64,000 bases of DNA from the human T2T-CHM13v2.0 reference genome, Homo sapiens. The notes under the pieces were generated by a model that saw nothing but the letters and a program-made list of their open reading frames with translations, was not told where the DNA came from and did no database searches. Positions 58,161-64,000 of this stretch are shown here, one piece after another. The stretch is taken from NCBI RefSeq assembly GCF_009914755.1, contig NC_060926.1. One strand, written 5' to 3'. The translations under genes and the position numbers were made by a program. Positions within the stretch are counted from its first letter, which is position 1. Each line of letters opens with the position of its first letter.

Positions 58161-61100
58161 ATTTTTAATTTTTTTAATTTCTAATTTTTGTGGGTACAGA
58201 GTAGGTGTATTTATTTATAGGATACATGAGATTTTGATACAGGCATATAATGTATAATAATCACATCAGGGTAAATGGGGTATCCATCACCTTAAGAATG
58301 TATCTTCTCTTTCTGTTATATACAATCCAATTATACTTTTAGTTATTTTTAAATGTGCAATAAATTGTTAACTCTTGCCACCCTGTTGTTCTATTAAATA
58401 CTACAACTTATTCATTCTATCTAACTACATTTTTGTACCTATTACCATAGCCACTTCCCCTGCTCCACCACTGTCCTTCTCAGCCTCTGGAAACCATCAT
58501 TCTTGGCTCTATCTCCATGAATTCAATTGCTTTCATTTTTTTAGTTCCCACAAATAAATAAGAACATGCAAAGTTTGTTTTTCTGTGGCTGACTTATTAC
58601 ACTTAACATAATGACCTCTGGTTCCATCCATTTGTTGCAAGTGACAGGAACTCATTTTTTTTTATGGCTGAATAGTACTCTATTGTATATATATACCACA
58701 TTTTTTAATTAATTCACCTATTGATGGACACTTATGTTGCTTCCAGATCTTAGCTATTGTAAACAGTGTTGCAATGACATGGGAATACAAATATCTCTTT
58801 GATATACTGCTTTCCTTTCTTTTGGATATATACCTAGCACTGGGATTGCTGGATCACATGGTAATTCTATTTTTAGTGTTTTTGAGGAACCTATAAATTC
58901 TTCTCCATAGCGATTGTACTAATTTACACTCTCACCAACACTGCATGAGGGTTCCTTTTCTCCACATCCTCACCAGCATTCATTATTACCTGTCTTTTGG
59001 ATAAGAGCTATTTTAACTGGGATGAGATGATATCTCATTGTAGTTTTGATTTGCAATTCTCTGATAATCCAAGATGTTATGCACTTTTTCATATACCTGT
59101 TTCCCATTTGTATGTCTTCTTTTAAGAAATGTCTATTCAGATATTTTACCCATTTTTAAATCAGATTATTCAATTATTTTTCCCATTGGCTTGTTTGGGC
59201 TCTTTATATATTCTGGTTATTTATTGATCCTTTGTCAAATGAATAGTTTGCAAATATTTTCTCAAATTTTGTGGGTTTTCTCTTCACTTTGTTGTCCCCT
59301 TTGTTGTTCAGAAGCTTTTTAACTTGATGAATCCCATCTGTCCATTTGTGCTTTGGTTGCCTGTGTTTTTGGAATATCACTCCAGAAATCTTTGCCCAGA
59401 CCAATATCCTAGAGAGTTTGCACAATGTTTTCTTTTAGTAGTTTCATAGTTTCAGGTATTAGATTTAAGTCTTCAATATATTTTGATTTGATTTTTGTAT
59501 ATGGTTAGAGATACAGGTCTAGTTCCATTCTTCTGTATGTGGATATCCAGTTCTCCCAGCACCAATTATTAACAAGACTGTCCTTTCCCCAGTGTAGGTT
59601 CTTGACATCTTTGTTAAAAATAAATTGACTGTAGATGCGTGGATTAATTTCTAGGTTCTCTGTTCTGTTGCATTGGTCTCTGTGTCTGTTTTTATGCCAG
59701 TACTATGTTGTTTGGGTTACTATAGATCTGTAGGATAATTTAAAGTCAGGTCACGTGTTTCCTCCAGTTTTGTTCTTTTTATTCAAGGTGGCTTTGGCTA
59801 TCCTGGGTCTTTTGTGGTTCTACAAAAACTTTAAGATTATTTTTTAAATTTTTGTGAAGAATGTCATCAGTATTTTTAGAGGGATTGCATTGATGCCGTA
59901 TATTGCTTTGAGTAGTATGGACATTTTAACAATACTGATTCTTCTAATCCATGAACATGCAATATCTTTCCATTTTTTGTATGTCATCTTCAATTTCATT
60001 CATCAGTGCTTTACAGTTTTTAGTATAGATATCTTTTACTTCTTTGTTAAGCTTATTTCTATGTGTTTTGTTTTATTTGTAGCTATTATAAATTAGATTA
60101 CTTTCCTCATTTTTCAGATTGTTCACTGTTGGAATATAAAAGTGCTACTGATTTTTGTATGTTGATTTTGCAACTTTTACTGAAATTCTTTATCAGTTCT
60201 AATAGTTATCTGGGGGAGTCTTTAGGGTTTTACAAATGTAAGATTTTATCTTCTGCAAACAAGGATTATTTGACTTCTACCTTTCCAATGCAGATGTCCT
60301 TCATTTCTTCCTCTTGTCTGATTGCTGTGGCTAGGACTTCCAGTACTATGCTGAATAATAGTGGTGAAAGTGGGCATCTTTGTCTTGTTCCAGATCTTAG
60401 AGCAAAGGCTTCAGTTTTTCCCCATTCAGTATGAAACTAGCTGAGGGTCTGTCATATACAGCTTTTATAATGTTAAAATTCTATACCCAATTTTTTAAGA
60501 TTTTTTATCCTGAAGGGATGTTGAATTTTACTAAATGCTTTTTCGGCATCAATCAAAAATATCAGGTGCTTTTGTCTTTTATTCTGTTGATATGATATAT
60601 TACACTGATTGAGTTGCATATGGTGAACTGTCCTTGCATCCCTGAGATAAATCCCACTTTGTCATAATAAATTGTCTTTTTAATATGTGGTTGAATTCAG
60701 TTTGCTAATATTTTATTGAAGATATTTGCATCAGGGATAATGGCCTGTACTTTTCTTTTTTTTGAGGTGCCTCTGTCTGGTTTTGGTATCATGCTAATAT
60801 TGGCCTCAAAGAATGAGTTCAGAAGTATTTCCACTTCCTCTGTTTTTCAGAATAGTTAGAGTTGGTATTAGTTCTTCTTTAAGTGTTTGAAAAATTCAGC
60901 AGTTAAGTCATTGTGTCCTGGTCTTTGCTGGGAGAACTTTTATTATGGCTTTCATCTCATCACTTGTTATTGGTCTATTTAAGTTGTGGATTTATTCATG
61001 GTTCAACATTGGTAGGTTGTATGTGTCTAGGAATTAATCCGTTTCTTCTAGATTTTTTTATTTATTGACATATAATTACTCATAGTAGCCACTAATGATC

Positions 61101-64000
61101 TTTTGAATTTCTGTGGTATTGGTTGTAATGTCTCCTTTTTCATCTCTGATTTTATTTATTGGGATCTTCTCTCTTTTTTTCTTAGTCTGGCTAAAGGTTT
61201 CTCAGTTTCATAAAACCCAACTCTTCATTTGGTTGATCTTTTGTACTGATTTCTTTGTTTCACTTTCATTTCTGCTGTGATCGTTATTATCTTTTCTTCT
61301 AATTTTCATTTTGGTTGGCTCTTGCTTTTCTAGTTATTTAAGATTTATCATTAGGTTGTTTTATCTGAAGTTTCTCTGCTTTTTTATAGACAGTTATTGC
61401 TGTAAGCCTTCTTCTTTGTATTGCTTTCACTGTATCCCATACCTCTTGGTATGTTGTGTTTCCATTTTCATTTGTTTCAAGAAATTTTTCAACTTCGTTA
61501 ACTTCTTCATTGACCCACTGGTCATTCAGGAACATATTGTTTAACTATTATGTGTTTGTATGGTTTCCCAAATTCCTTTGATTATTGATTTCCAGTTTTA
61601 TTCCATTGTGGACAAAGAAGATACTTGATAGGACTTCAATTTTAAAAAATTTTTAAGATTTGTTTTGTGACCTAACATATAATTTATTCTCGAGAATAAT
61701 CTATGTGCTAAGGAAAAGAATGTGTGTTCTGCACCCATTGGATGAAATGTTCTATAAATATCTATTAGGTCCATTTGGCCTATAATGCAGATTAAGTCTG
61801 ATGTTTATTTGTTGATTTTCCATCTGACTCATCTGTCCAGTGCTGAATGTAAGTTGTTAAAGTCTCCAGCTAGTATTGCACTGGGATCTGTCACTCTCTT
61901 TAGCTCTAATAATATTTGCTTTACATACCTGGGTGCTCAAGAGTTGAGCACATATATATTTACAATTGCTACATTATCTTGCTAAATTGACTCCTTTGTC
62001 ACTGTACAATGACCTACTTTATTTCTTTTTCTAGTTTTTGCATTGAAATCTATTTAGTATAATATAAGTATAGCTACTCTTTCTCCATTTTGGTTTCTAT
62101 TGGCATGGAATATCCTTTTCCAAGCCTTTATTTTCAGTCTATGTGTCTCTTCATAGGTGAAGTGTGTTTCTTGTAAGCAACAGATGTTTAGGTCTTTTTT
62201 TTTATTCATTCAGCTACTCTATTTTTTTAATTGGAGAGTTTATTCCATTTACATTCCATATTATTACTGATAAGTAAGGAATTACTCTTGCCATTTTGTT
62301 ATTTGTTTTCTGGTTGTCATGTGGTCTTCTCTTACTTCTTTCTTTCCTTTCTCTCTTCCTTTTAGTGAAAGTGATATTCTCAAATGGCATGTTTTAATTT
62401 CATGTTTTATATATTTTGTGGATCTGTGGTATGTTTTTTTATTTGAGGTAACCATGAGGCTTGCAAATAATATCTGATAATCCCTTATTTTAAACTGATG
62501 GCAATTTATCACTAATTGGGTAACAAAAAAACAAACAAGTAAAGAGAAAACTAATAAAAACTGCATAGTTTAACTGCATTCCCCTGATTTTTAACCCCTT
62601 GTTGTTTCTACTTTTATTATACTGAAAATTTGTTAGAGTATTATTTTTAGAATTTCTGCTAATGATTTGAGTAGTTTATTCACCACAATTACAGTGTTAC
62701 ACAATTTTGTTTTCCTGTGCACTTACTATTACCAGTGAGTTGTGTACCTTCAGATGATTTTTTTTTTTTTTTTTTTTTTTGCTCATTAATGTCCATTTCT
62801 TTCAGCGTGAAGAATTCCCTTTAGCATATCTTGTAGGACAGACCCACCCAGTGTTGATGAAATTTCTTAGCTTTTGTTTTTCTGGGAAAGTCTTTATTTA
62901 TCCTTCATGTTTGAAGAATACCTTTGCTGATGTACTATTCTAAGACAATAGTTTTTCTCCTTCTACACTTTAAATATGTCATGTCACTTTCTCCTCCCTA
63001 TATGGTTTCCATTGAGTAGTCAGCTGCCAGACATATTGGAGCTCTATTGTATGTTATTTGTTTCTTTTCTCGCTGCATTTAGGATCCTTTCATTATTCTT
63101 GACCTTTGGGAGTTTGATTATTAAATGGCTTGAGGTAGTCCTATTTGAATTAAATCTGCTTGGTGTTATGCAATCTTCTTGTACTTGAATATTGGCATCT
63201 TTCTCTAGGTTTGCCAAGTTTTCTGTGATTATCCCTTTGAATAAACTCTATAATCCAATTTCTCTCTCTACCTTCTCTTTAAGGTCAATACTTCTTAAAG
63301 TTGCCCTTTTCAGGCCATTTTCTAGATCTTATAGGCATGCTTGATTCCTTTTATTTTTTCTTTTGTCTCCTATGACTGTGTGCTTTCAAATAGTCTGTCT
63401 TAAAGTTCACTAATTCTTTCTTATGCTTGATCAATTCTGCTATGAAGAGATTCTGATGCATTCTTGAGCCTGTCAATTTTTCAGCTCCAGAATTTCTACT
63501 TGATTCCTTTTAATAATTTGAAACTTGGTGTTAAATTTATCTGGTAGGATTCTGAGTTTCTTCTCTTTGGTGTATTAAATTTTGTTAAACTTTCCCAAAA
63601 CAGCAATTTTGAATTCTCCATCTCAATGGTCACATTTCTGTCTCTCCAAGATTGGTCACTGGTGACTTACTGAGTACATTTGGTTAGGTCATGGTTTCCT
63701 GGATGGTCTTGATGCTTGTAAATGTTTGTCAGTGTCTGGGCACTGAAGAGTTATGTATGTATTGTAGTCTTCACAGTCTGGGCTTGCTTTTACCCAGCCT
63801 TCCTGGGAAGGCTTTCCAGGTATTTGAAGGGACTTGGGCATTGTGATCTAAATCTTTGGTCACTATAGCTATATCTGCTTTAGGGGGCACTCCAAGCTCA
63901 GTAATGCTGTGGCTCTTGCAGACTCACAGATATACTGGCTTGGTGGTCCTGGGTAAGATCTGGAACTATTCCCTGGATTACCAAGCAAAGACTCTTGTCT
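58161..64000 (-). mobile_element. Near full-length decayed L1MA (MA2/3-like), running off the window
   Basis: 3' end ttttgtgggtacagagtagg... Minus ORF 61338-61535 (MFLNDQWVNEE) is ORF2. ORF1 and 5'UTR sequence lie towards 64000. Confidence 0.92.

Noticed and set aside
43441-64000. Similarity of 43441-43560 to 63883-64000 as a segmental duplication
   Set aside because: Both are diverged copies of related L1MA 5' regions.

Overview
AT-rich, CpG-poor primate genomic DNA, very probably human: it carries a near-consensus AluYa5 at 34558-34862. It looks intergenic or deep-intronic. Roughly half is interspersed repeat: Alu J/S/Ya5, L1PA/L1M, L2, MIR, CR1, THE1/MST/MLT1/MLT2/LTR28-like/MER50-like solo LTRs, and hAT/Tigger MITEs. 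No intact protein-coding gene, RNA gene or CRISPR array is supported, and the ORFs with recognisable motifs are LINE remnants. I found no convincing novel biological system. The most notable items are structural: two twin-primed (5'-inverted) L1s, one of them cut by an apparent deletion; a six-element nested TE stack with resolvable TSDs; an L1 5'UTR that has lost its body; a ~325-bp local duplication ending in a hairpin; several perfect palindromes; and speculative minus-strand exons. Repeat subfamily names are from memory of consensus sequences and need RepeatMasker/Dfam confirmation. Boundaries of old repeats are approximate.
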